A DNA stretch of 64,000 nucleotides from Phallusia mammillata (taxonomy: Eukaryota), in assembly GCA_965637545.1 (NCBI GenBank), contig OZ281495.1, forward strand, positions 30,566,001-30,630,000, read 5' to 3'. Position 1 is the stretch's first letter. Each line of letters opens with the position of its first letter. Made by a program: the position numbers and the translations under genes. Below the pieces are notes generated by a model. It was given only the letters and a program-made list of their open reading frames with translations, searched no databases and was not told where the DNA came from. Positions 53,534 to 64,000 of the stretch are shown here, piece by piece.

Positions 53534-54379
53534 GTTTAAAACAGAATACCAACAGGTCCTAGTGATAATAATAAGCTGGAAACAAAAGCATTTTAGTTTA
53601 AGCATCATTAACATTTATACATCGGTTAAATTATTTCAGGCAAGCCTAATTCAAGATTTAGTCTTTTACTAAACTTTGGTTCTCCTGCTTTCTTTCTGTA
53701 TTTGCATCCTAATTACAAATGAAACAACTGCAGTCAAAATAGCCTGTATTCAAATGCAAAAATCTATTACTTTTCCGTGCTCTTACTCAGTACATGAAAA
53801 GCAATTTGACCCCAGAAGGACAAAAGGCAATGCTGGTGTTTGTATTTATATGCTGACGGAAACTGTTGTCGGTGGACAGTAGTCACGTAAGCGCCATGAC
53901 GAAGCAAAACAGCAGCGTTGACAACACACAACAGTGCACGTATCTCCATTACATTGACATTCTCTTCCTAAAGTTCGTAATGGTTTTAGGTCGCACCGAA
54001 GTACGCTAATGTCAGACATTTTGCATTGTGGTAATTTGTGGGCGTTGCCACTTTTGCAGTTGTTTAAACAGGGGGTTTTCCCCCGGGAAATTCTTTCAAA
54101 TTTGGAATTTAACTCAAATGTCACTGCACTGAACGCTACAAAAAAGATTTTCTCCCGTTTAACTGAAAATGAATAGCTTGTTTTGTTTTGGATCTGTTCT
54201 GTTGATAAGGTTTCAGTGCAACGTAAACACACCTGACACAGAAAATTATCCAACAAGGTTTCTTATGGTGGTTTAAGCTAAGCCTCTTTTTCTGTTAAAC
54301 CCCACCCCCTTGATGCACTAATGCGCCAACCTCACCCTCCAATGCGCGTCCCTGCCACATAGTTATCGCTTAAAATAAC

Positions 54380-54545
54380 GTTGTAGCTGCAGCGCGTTCA
54401 CCATTCATCCATCAATTGTGTCAAATCACCTTTGTAGCGCTTTATAACGCCCCAACATTGCACAGCTATACCCGGCTTGGTGAATAATTTTGCGCAATTA
54501 TGCTAGTACAATTTGTATCACCCGGCGAAATAAACTCAATTCAAC
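54380..54545 (+). repeat. Dispersed repeat family, copy D
   Basis: GTTGTAGCTGCAGCGCGTTCAC...CAGCTATACCCGGCTTGGTGA...GGCGAAATAAACTCAATTCAAC. Confidence 0.75.
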
Positions 54546-55218
54546 AGTTAGATTAGAGTAGACTTTCGTTTCACAAAGCTGGAATCTTTCACCAATTATT
54601 AACCAAAGCAGAACTACTCTGCCTGCGCTGACGATTTTATGTACATGAATCATCGTATAAGCCTGCCCCGCGTAAGGGATTTTTCCAGGGTAGAACTACT
54701 GCGCTCTTCATTTTCGCTTGAAAACACACGAGCGAACACCGAAAAGGTCTGTGCAAACAAAGCTTTTCGGTTTTTACCTAATTTCGCTCAAACCACCGCA
54801 AATTAACAGAGCGGAATTTTAGAGTTTAGCTTTGTCAGCACGTTTAGCCTGATGTGTGCTTGACGCCTCAAAATTTTGGTGATAAAGAATTTAAACCATC
54901 ATACTGTGATTATTTAACTTGAGAATTGCGATTACGTTGGCTAGTGAAATGAAATATGTCTGTACAGAATTTGTAACAAAAAGTTTGAAACCACAAATTT
55001 ATATTTTAGCATTGTATTACATGAGCATTAATAAGGTACAGCATTGCCACCCACAGTTGCAAGTCCGGTCAATTTTTGGGAGAGTTTCGGAATTAAGTTG
55101 ACTCGATTCGGGCCTGACTTCAAAATCGGTCACATTTTTGTCATAATTTCTCGATGAAAAGCTTCGTGTGGTGACCCCTGTTAAAGGTAAATTAAACCAA
55201 ATTCCTCGCTTGAGACTT

Positions 55219-55300
55219 TGCGCAGCTATTTCCGGCTTGGTGATTGTTCAGTGTTATTTTGTTGCCTTGTTGGTTTTCACCATGCGAAATAAACTCAAAC
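55219..55300 (+). repeat. Dispersed repeat family, copy E (5'-truncated)
   Basis: TTGCGCAGCTATTTCCGGCTTGGTGATTGTT...CACCATGCGAAATAAACTCAAAC. Confidence 0.7.
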
Positions 55301-55489
55301 CAAGGCAAGCGGTATTTTGCAAACAAAATCGACATATACCTTAGCGCCACTTAGCGAAACAATGATTTAAAATAGTTGGCCGCTAAAAAGGCGAATACCT
55401 CGCAGCGATCGCTCGCCCATTTCAGGCTTAGTCCAGCAGACACGTATTACTGTTTTTGGAAACAACGTATTGTCTCTAAAGTAGGCCTA

Positions 55490-55635
55490 AAGTACTGGCA
55501 CTGGGCCACGGCCTGCCCACCGGTGGACGACATTCCTGGTGGTCCACTAATACCTTTCGGTATTTTAGGTGTTCCATATTTTTGACGATGTAACCTTAAA
55601 GTGATATACGGCCGTAGAAAGGTTGGGAATCGCTG
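55490..55635. mobile_element. Truncated hAT-MITE right end
   Basis: AAAGGTTGGGAATCGCTG followed by CTTTAAAG; the matching left TIR was not found and the left boundary is approximate. Confidence 0.45.
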
Positions 55636-56075
55636 CTTTAAAGTAAATTTAAATCACAAAAGACACATATTTGTAAAAACGGATGGATGGGTCTTTGTGT
55701 TTGGTATAAAGCTCTGGACGCCTAAACTGTCTTTGATTCGCATATGGCCCACTGGTTTTTAAGTCAATGAACAAGAAAGTTGACCTAATTAGGCTACGTG
55801 GCACATACATTATGGTAAAACATAAACTTCTGAATGTAATTTTGCGGTCAAAAACTGATATCTCATAAAGTGACTTATGAGGTATAACTTGTAAATTACA
55901 AACGTGCATCGATAAAGTACAACACACAACATGCGCTAGCGGAGGTTTTTCGTTTCTATTGAGGACCAATTCGTTGCAGCGACAAAAGTACAACGAGAAA
56001 ATAAACATAAATTTAACGTTGACATGAGACTAATCGTTCGATTGAGTGAAGCCGATCACAGGGCTTTATTCTTTG

Positions 56076-59000
56076 TCATGAAATTTTGTTGCTTTTCTTC
56101 AACCTGAGAACTTGTTCGTAAAAACGTTTTTTCACGAATTCATAGAAATCGTATTCGTGTCGAAGACTTTGACGTAATATTGACCTCACTTTCGGGGAGG
56201 CGGGTTCTTTGTGCAAAGTCTTTGAACCTTTGATTTCTGCAAAGGAAATTTAAACATAAAATAAAGCTTAAAATAAATTTTGATTCTTTTGGCTGCTTAC
56301 CACAAAAGCAATAATATCAAACTCATCAACTCGTTTTAAAACTCAGTTATCTTCCAATTGAGTCTCTAGTTGTGACTTAATTAATTGACAACGTGCTACT
56401 TTGTTGATCAACTAAGTATCAAATTCTTACCTGGCGAGGAATGGTAGATATCTCCAAAGCCGGCGAAGTATCTGGAAATATTCGTGGTTAATTTTAAATA
56501 ATTAATTAAACAAGTTGTTATCTTGTTAAGATGGGGTTAAACTGAAGACCTGCGTAAGGATACAAACGCCTTCAAAAACCTGTTACGCCAAACAAGCTTT
56601 AACCGCAGTAGAAGTCAAATCAGAGTTCGGGTTTGAGTTTGAACTAATTGTGCTTAGTTCGGGTGTGGCTTAACATTCGGCATCATTTGTATACACTAAA
56701 ACGGCTCATCGTTAAAAAAGATGTTGCTGCCAGGTATGATATCAACATTATAAAGTTCTTCTGCCAATTGTAAAAAATACAATTGCCAGAAGAGCTCTAT
56801 AAAGTTGATTCGTGGTTAGAATCACAAGTCTATGCAAGTTGTGATGACGTAACTACAATATTGCGTCATACCTTGGCAGTACCGCTTCAAGCACCTTCAA
56901 AGTTGTGTTCATATCTTCAAGTAATCCGATCACAGAAAAATATCGAACTGCGTTTACCTTGGACTGCTGTAGGGCGTATTTATCCCTGTTTCTGTAATAT
57001 GTCAAAAAAGAGTATTTTAAATTTGTTAAGTTTAATAATGAAAATAACAGACCGAATACACGTAATAAGCGACATGCTTCATTCGCACCTTTTTCATTAA
57101 TCTTTTAATTGACTCAAGTGGATATAAAATGTAGCTGATGTGGCCACTTATAGCACTGATGATAGCATGAGCATTTGCCGCAACGTTTAAACTTTAAACA
57201 ATAAACCATGTCGCTTTTTTACGTCTATTTGGGCCGTTATATTCATCATTAAACTTATGAACAGATCCGTATGTAGAAAAAATTGTTAAGCTTAACACAC
57301 AACATAATTTTAGTCTGAAAAAATTACATTATTATGTATTATGCCATGCTTGATTGCCTAAAGCTCGTTCGGCAACACTCTTCAACCGTGCAAACTTACT
57401 TGCATTCTGGTCTGAATCCGCAAAAGTGTGCAAAAAGCGGCATAAGTCCTTTGGTGCACAACATTCCTTTCGTCAACACACACTCGTTGAAACTCTATGA
57501 CATAATCTTTGTTTAAGCTTTGTTAATCTGTTCCGAATAGTGGATTACGAAGAGTAGTGAGATTCAGCCAGTTCTATAGAACCGTTTCACGAAATTGTAT
57601 GAAATCAGCTAACCGGTTAGCACTACTGGTTACTGTCCATGAACTTTTTGTAACAGAACCGGCTGAAAAATATGACCTTTGTGATAGAACTGGCTGACAA
57701 GCAATTTGTATTCCACCGCTGGTTACGAAATAGGAGAATACTAGTTCAAGAGAACTTTGTTTTAAAAGGATGGTCTTATTTTATATTGCAAAAAAGATAT
57801 CAGGTCTATGTTTGAATTTATTGCCGAACTGTGTGATTCTCAGGCGTTAATCAGGCTTCAACGAGCTTCTCTAATCGTCTTGACCACAATGTTCCAAAAG
57901 TGTAATGATGCGGTCTACATGTCCCCATAAAACTATTTCTTTTATCAAACACTGGTTACAATGACTTGACGGTTTGAAAAGCCATTCACAACGGTTCAGT
58001 CGGCTACACTTCCTTACCTGGTTTTTCTCTGCTTCTGTAAAGTTGTTTCGGGGCCGGTTCATGTTAACTTGACCTTGACGTTTCTTGAACCCGAAGCGCT
58101 GAAAGTAATAAGCGGATACCATACGATCTATCGGATCCCGAATCACGTTGATATAGATTGGAAAATCCATTTCAAGTCTTTCACACGAAAACAAAGCAAG
58201 TTTGATGGGTCAAATACTAACAGTAATCCAGCCTCTATGAGGGACAATGATTAGTTAGGTGGCTTTTATGAACAAAATCACTTTTCACTCTTGCTCTATG
58301 AGTAGTGGATCCCAATCTGGGGTTTCGTAGACCCACATGGGGTCCAGATGGTTAACAAGATTATGAAACTTGTCAATAGGGTTAAAAGGAATTTATAAAA
58401 TTGGCTTTATTACTACAAACAAAAATTAAGAATTCCTTCCTGCTCAAGCCTCCCGGGCCCGTTTGACACAGAAACAGGCCAGGACAAGTTTTTAAAGTTA
58501 AAATCTCGCCACGGGCTAGATGTGTTGGCCGTTGCCCAAAAAGTTTTGCGTGATCGACCAACAAACAAATTCGGTATTTACCTGCTAAAATCGACATAGG
58601 GTAGTTGAGAAATCGTTAGTGTATCGGATGATTTGCTCATCACATATTTTGCAAGAACTCCCTGAAATGACCAAACATAGAAGCGTTTGTGAAAATGTAA
58701 CGTATAGCTTTATGGATTAATTTTTTTAGGGGGGCGTTTAGTTATTGAAGATACTACATTAATACATATTTAGCAATTGGTAAAACTCAAAATATGTGTA
58801 AAGTAAAATAACGTACATCTTAAAATAAAGAATCAGCAAAATGTCTAAATGTTCCTTTATATCAGGGGTTCCCAACCGGTGGTACGCGTACCACTAGTGG
58901 TACGCGAGTAGCTTCTGTTTTGTTCACAAAAACCTCAATTTGCAACTTTATATTTTGTTTGTCTGGTTTTGTTTACAAAAAAAACAGTCCCCAGGCCTAT

Positions 59001-60529
59001 TGTCATTGTTACGTAACTATTCCTGTTGTTTCGTATCATTACGATCTTCAAAATACAGGTCATGTCAATTCTCAACAAAAAGCATAGTTGCTACTTGCTA
59101 TAAAAAGCCGAACAACGCTGCGGCACAGTGGGCGTTAATTATGTCTAATGATTGCTCTTGATAGATATATCTACTGTTTTGGTGCTTAAGATAGCGTTGA
59201 ATGAAATATGATTCAAACAAATTAGTTGTTCTGCAAGAAGTGGTACCATAGAGCACTGTAGAGCACATTAGTGCTCTATGGTGGTACGCGTGGCAGTGCA
59301 GAGCGTCCAGGTGGTACGGGATCGTAAAAAGGTTGGGAACCCCTGCTTTATATAGTATCAAACAAAAAGACGTTTAAAAGAAGTATTTGGCACGTTTAGT
59401 ATCTTTTGTTACATTTGATGCTACATTACCATAATTAGAATTAGCTGCTGCACAATTAGCAACGCACAAAAACAATAAATCAACTTTTTTAACCAACAAG
59501 ACTTTTCTTACTTCTAAGTTGTCACCGTAGACTTTTTGGATATTGTGGTGATCGAAGGTATTGAGATTATAATTCAACTTGGCAGAAATCCTTCGTAAAG
59601 TCCATATCATGGTGGTGCTCCCACACTTGGCAACCCGATTGTAAAAAACGACTCTGGTATCGTTGACCTCTGTCGGCACCGTCCAATTGCTGTTCAGTTG
59701 GGAGTCGGTCAACCGTAAAGCGCCCGAGAGTGGGTGTGGCGTAACCTGGTGGACGATCGTACCTGAAAAAAATAAAAAAACATTCAGTAAAATGTTTGAC
59801 TCCTGAGTTTTGTGATTGCATTTACTATGGCTATTATGTTTTTAAGTCAGTTAAATTCAATCAAAAGGTAAATAAAACAGCAAGGCGTTTTAAACGTCGT
59901 GTACGCTGTCGTAACATTACCGAAACAAACGATATCATTCAGTAAGACAATATGTACGTTTCGGGTTTATACAAGATGGTAGCTACCGATTTCAAATGTT
60001 AATACAAGCATGTAGGCTACAAATGATTAATTAAGAAGGAAGTGCTTCTAACTCAAAATCAGTAGACACGAGGTTGTTAATCGAGATATATATTTTACTA
60101 ATGCAGGCATTGTCAGTCTATAAAAACTGCAAACAACGAAGGTAAAATAAAAGAGAACAGATGCAAAAGCATACAAAATAATATAGTAAAAAACTTAAAA
60201 CACTAAAATCATTTATATCTAGTTTGATTAACACAGTCTACACCAGAACAAAAGCATAAATCTGACGAGGACGAATCTCAGTGATCGTGAACATTAACAT
60301 GTCTACTATTAGAGGGGCAGATCCTGTGCATAGCATTTATGTTTACCGAAGCATGTACAACGGTTTAAAATTTGGAATAAGTGGTCACAATAACATGTTT
60401 CATACAAATTACTAACTTACCTTTTGTGATGGTGGTTATTATAGTAGAGCTTGAGATATATGTTAGAAGCATGCTACCAACTAAAAGAAACAACAGTATA
60501 GTGCGTCGTATGGATTGCCTAGATACCAT
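56076..60529 (-). CDS. UST: Uronyl/heparan-sulfate 2-O-sulfotransferase family protein (type II Golgi membrane; 8 coding exons, ~338 aa)
   Basis: Exons (minus) 60529-60421, 59762-59512, 58661-58582, 58177-58018, 57494-57400, 56991-56872, 56471-56431, 56236-56076; phases match, total 1017 nt. N-terminal anchor MVSRQSIRRTILLFLLVGSMLLTYI. 5'-PSB VFYNRVAKCGSTT (UST-like). 3'-PB PIYINVIRDPIDRMVSAYYF (HS2ST-like). Also HFCG, VIGLLED and EYDFYEFVKKRF. Confidence 0.88.
58863..59345. mobile_element. hAT-type MITE (483 bp) in sulfotransferase intron 2
   Basis: Perfect TIRs CAGGGGTTCCCAACC and GGTTGGGAACCCCTG; perfect TSD CTTTATAT (58855-58862, 59346-59353); subterminal GTGGTACGCG repeats. Confidence 0.93.
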
Positions 60530-63517
60530 CCCTGTATCGTGTTTGAAGACTATACTGGTATTTCCGTAAAATAGGTCTACTTGAACTGTTTCATTGATAC
60601 GATTGTTATTAATCGAACAATTCCATTATTGTTACGAAGGCACATAAACCATGTAATGATTTGTTGGTTGCAAATTTGCTTGATAATTTCTGCTTCAAAA
60701 TGTTGAATTCAGTTTTCTTTGTTTCACTGTAGTAAAGTAAAAAGGCATTTTTGTAAACTATAACGCTCATGTACAATTAATAAAAATGTCAACAAATTGT
60801 CTAAATGTACCTTACCGCATCAAAAAGAATCTGCAGATCAAATAGAAACAGAAATTGCACCATAAACTAAAATCAGTAATTCCAATGAAAACGCACTGGA
60901 TTATGCAGTCGTTAAAGAATGACATGCTTTATACCCGAAGTTTAGACACATATTTTTATCCACATGGGCATTAATGTCTTACAAAATTAGATAGTTAAGC
61001 ATGCTTCTTTTAACGGCAAGCATGGGCCAGTATGTTTATCATAGAAATCTAGTTTACTGTTCTATAATCAACATAATTGATTAGTTGAGAAGTATACTAC
61101 ATATCAATTTGTAAATTGCGACTAGATCAACTTTTCTGGTCCTAGAAGCCTTAAAGCTGTAATAATCCAGGCAAATTTCTCTCTCAATTTTGCATCATCG
61201 AAATAAACTTTACAAAAGCTTTTCCGCTATCTCTAACTTGCAGCACAGCTCGAAACACCTTAGTCGCACGAAAATAACGTAAAAAAGCGGCTATGTAACC
61301 TAAAATCTCAAGTATAGCAGGCCATAAACAGGTTGCACTGAAAGTTGACTGCAGAATTGCCCCAAGGCAGACGGAATTTTCGTTTGGTCGGTGCCAAAAA
61401 GTGTCGATGCTCTTTAGCGCTATTTAACGGAATTAGAAATAAAATAGCTATCCACTTGCGGAAAAATAACATGCATTTGTAACCAAATCGACTTCGTAAT
61501 GGAAGGATCTGTTCGGATTTCGGAACCGAATATTTAGGTATAAATAAAGTAGAACAAGCTGTATTATGATGATGACATTGCTTGGAAATCGCATTCAGGG
61601 GCGTCTTAGATTATAAACTAGAAAAAATAGCTTAAAAAGACGAGAAAAGGATCCAAAAGCACTTGACCAAAACAATGAGCCAATTAAATGGGATTTGCTA
61701 TGTGAACTTCTTAAACATGGAGCCAAAATTTTAAACGTTTATACACGCTTAGTAAGTATAGTAAGTAAGTACTAAGGCAGTGGGCTGACAACATAATGTG
61801 TACCGCACCACCAAAACTTACGGAGGGCTTGAACTTGCCTTTTAAAAACGTCGATCGATAAAGTGCTGCACGCGCCAGCCACTCACCCGCACACACCTAT
61901 TGTTATTGAGAGCTCAAAGAGGATTTGACGAAAGTCAAGTACACTGAACTTTTTGGATGAGAGCTGGTGGATTTATCCGGTGGTTGATAGTTCGGTCTAC
62001 GATAGAATTGGCTTTGTAGGTTTAATTTGTGTTGTAGTAGGAAGGTTTTACGTAAAAACGATGTTCGGCGTTCTGAAGTGCCTAGTTTTGTGTTGTTAAA
62101 AAAAGATTAGAACGAGGCGAAGATTTTTTTAAACTTGCTTACTGTCTTACTTTTTCGTCTCTATGGCAGTAGTAAAAGTAAGTTGATAAAAGTAAGAAAC
62201 GGAAAAATACGCCAAGAGTAGGTTACGGCGTTACGCCAAGAGTCTCGTCGCAAAGGCATCGGCGCTGACCATTGGCGTAGTCAGGGAGGCAAGGACACAA
62301 AAAATAAAAATGCACATTTTGGCACCATAAATCGGTGTTTCGAAAGGAATTGTAAACAGTAAAAATGTTTGCCCTCTTGCAAGTTTTTACCCAAATTTTG
62401 TAAGGCTCGCTTGTACTAAGAAGCCGATTACGCATGGGCGCAAAAAGTTTGGTCTGTGAAGGCTTATACAATGACATGCGGTTTTTATTTACATGAAATG
62501 ACAAACCATAAAATTTTTTTTAACATTTGGGTATTAAAGAATGGACAATCCCGCTATGTGTGGCCAACTGCCAAACTATTTAGCACGAAAAACGCATCAA
62601 AAATCGAAATTGACCGTTACTGACTTGTAAGGGCCACCGGAAGAATCATGTATGAGAGCAACATTTTTTTGTCTAATATTGTTTTCCGTTACAAAGTAGA
62701 AGTTGGTTTTTCAAAAATCAATACTACACAAGAATTTGAACTAAGTAAAAACGGCGCTTGGCGCAAGCTAAACGACTCACTTTAATGTAATAATCGATTG
62801 GCTATGACATCACAACGGCAATATTAAGTTCACATCGATTGGTAATGGGTCATGTGGCACGGAGAGTCAAACTGTGTGAGCAAAACGAAGTGGTTCAGTT
62901 CAGTTGGGAATAAAGCATTCCTTTGGATAGAAGGAAATTGCAATGTTTTTGTCAGGGGAATAGAAAATCTGGCAGCGGTGTTTGGCCTTTGTGACGGGAA
63001 TGTAAATTGTAGCGGAAAGTAGTGGCGTTTACATCCAAAACTTTTTAAGTCAGCTAAGAATGGAAAGTATTTTCCTAGCAGCGAAATCTGACGATGAAAT
63101 CTATATATATTAGGAATCTATATATTTCGCCTTATTTCATATTCAGTTTTTATTTAAATGGAAACATTCTTAGTTATTTAATCACACAAACGGCGATCGT
63201 CGATGACCAACTGACCATGCTGCCTGTTGAAGGGTCAGATTTTGTTCAGTTCAAATACTCTCAGTTTTTTAAATCAAGTCACAAAATTGGTACATTTTAA
63301 ATACTATTTCGATAACTAGTGTGTTACCCTTTGCATTGTAATAAATATCTTCGCTTAGTTTTGATACACAATATTTTTTTACGGAATTCGAAACCATATT
63401 GCCGAAACAAACCACTTCTAATACTGAAAGCATTTGTACGACATATGTTACCCGTTTTATTCGTCTTTTACAATATGGTCAGTTACTGGGCAGCAGCAGA
63501 ATGGGCGTATTTCTAAA

Positions 63518-63792
63518 TTAAATTACACGGCTCCTCGATTTCATTCGTCCAGCGCAAAAATTGTAAAAATCGCTATAATTCTTTTTCGCTCCTGCCCATG
63601 GGACATCCGGCCTTGTTATGACCTCCATGACGTCACAGTGCTCGCCGAGGCTATCCGTAATAAGCATATGACGGTTTGGGTGGATTTTAAGAGCCCAGTG
63701 GCTCGTTAGAGAAATCATCTGAGACCTGATCCAAATGTCAGAATTCTTGGGCAGTATTGTGGATTGCTCGGCGGGTTTGCGCAGTGAACCAT
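63518..63792 (-). CDS. Possible terminal exon of an unidentified gene extending beyond the window
   Basis: A GC-elevated ~90-codon open frame (YGSLRKPAEQSTILPKNSDIWIRSQMISLTSHW...RSRVI*) is bounded upstream by TGA and a weak CAAG acceptor. No family was recognised, and an overlapping + strand frame is equally open. Confidence 0.2.
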
Positions 63793-64000
63793 ATCTTGTT
63801 GTTCAGTAACATTTTAGGATAAAAATGTTGTTTTAAAATGTTTCGTGCAATACTTAATAGCTTGAATTTTATTTGTTTTCTTCAATGAGAGTAATATATG
63901 CGTTTAGTTCAAGGTTCATACGTGGCCTACATGTAACGACAGTAAGAAGTTTTTTTGTCTTGTGATTTTATCCACTCAAACATACTAAACTAAGCAAACC

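Noticed and set aside
53846-54256. 136-aa minus ORF upstream of ETHE1 as the missing presequence exon
   Set aside because: Starts at a non-ATG, is Cys-rich and noise-like, and has no phase-0 donor to join 53575.
36402-60529. Tunicate-style operon of UST, ETHE1 and SLC7A9
   Set aside because: The intergenic gaps are kilobases long and repeat-filled rather than near zero; kept only as a neighbourhood hypothesis.
1-64000. Prokaryotic systems (CRISPR arrays, defence islands, rRNA)
   Set aside because: The sequence is spliceosomal-intron eukaryotic DNA; no repeat-spacer arrays, rRNA-like tracts or long uninterrupted ORFs were seen.

Overview
This is AT-rich eukaryotic DNA with compact, intron-rich genes, most consistent with a tunicate/ascidian. 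That assignment is inferred from gene compactness, chordate-like proteins and an exact copy of the Ciona-type 16-nt spliced leader. Five multi-exon genes were assembled by hand with consistent splice phases: an adenosine A2-type GPCR (+, 7274-13098), an ERG/FLI-type ETS factor (-, 16217-32416), an SLC7A9/b(0,+)AT-like transporter (-, 36402-44282), ETHE1 persulfide dioxygenase (-, 50887-53533) and a UST/HS2ST-family sulfotransferase (-, 56076-60529). Repeats include several hAT (Buster-type) MITEs with 8-bp TSDs, a ~170-bp dispersed retroposon-like family and tRNA-derived fragments. The most notable observations are: an SL-identical 16-mer followed by a GT donor inside ERG intron 1; an SLC7 light chain lacking the heavy-chain disulfide Cys; a sulfotransferase with Gln at the catalytic-His position; an adenosine receptor with a ~230-aa ICL3; two GC-AG introns; and three co-oriented sulfur-related genes side by side. 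All alignments to known proteins are from memory; no searches were run.
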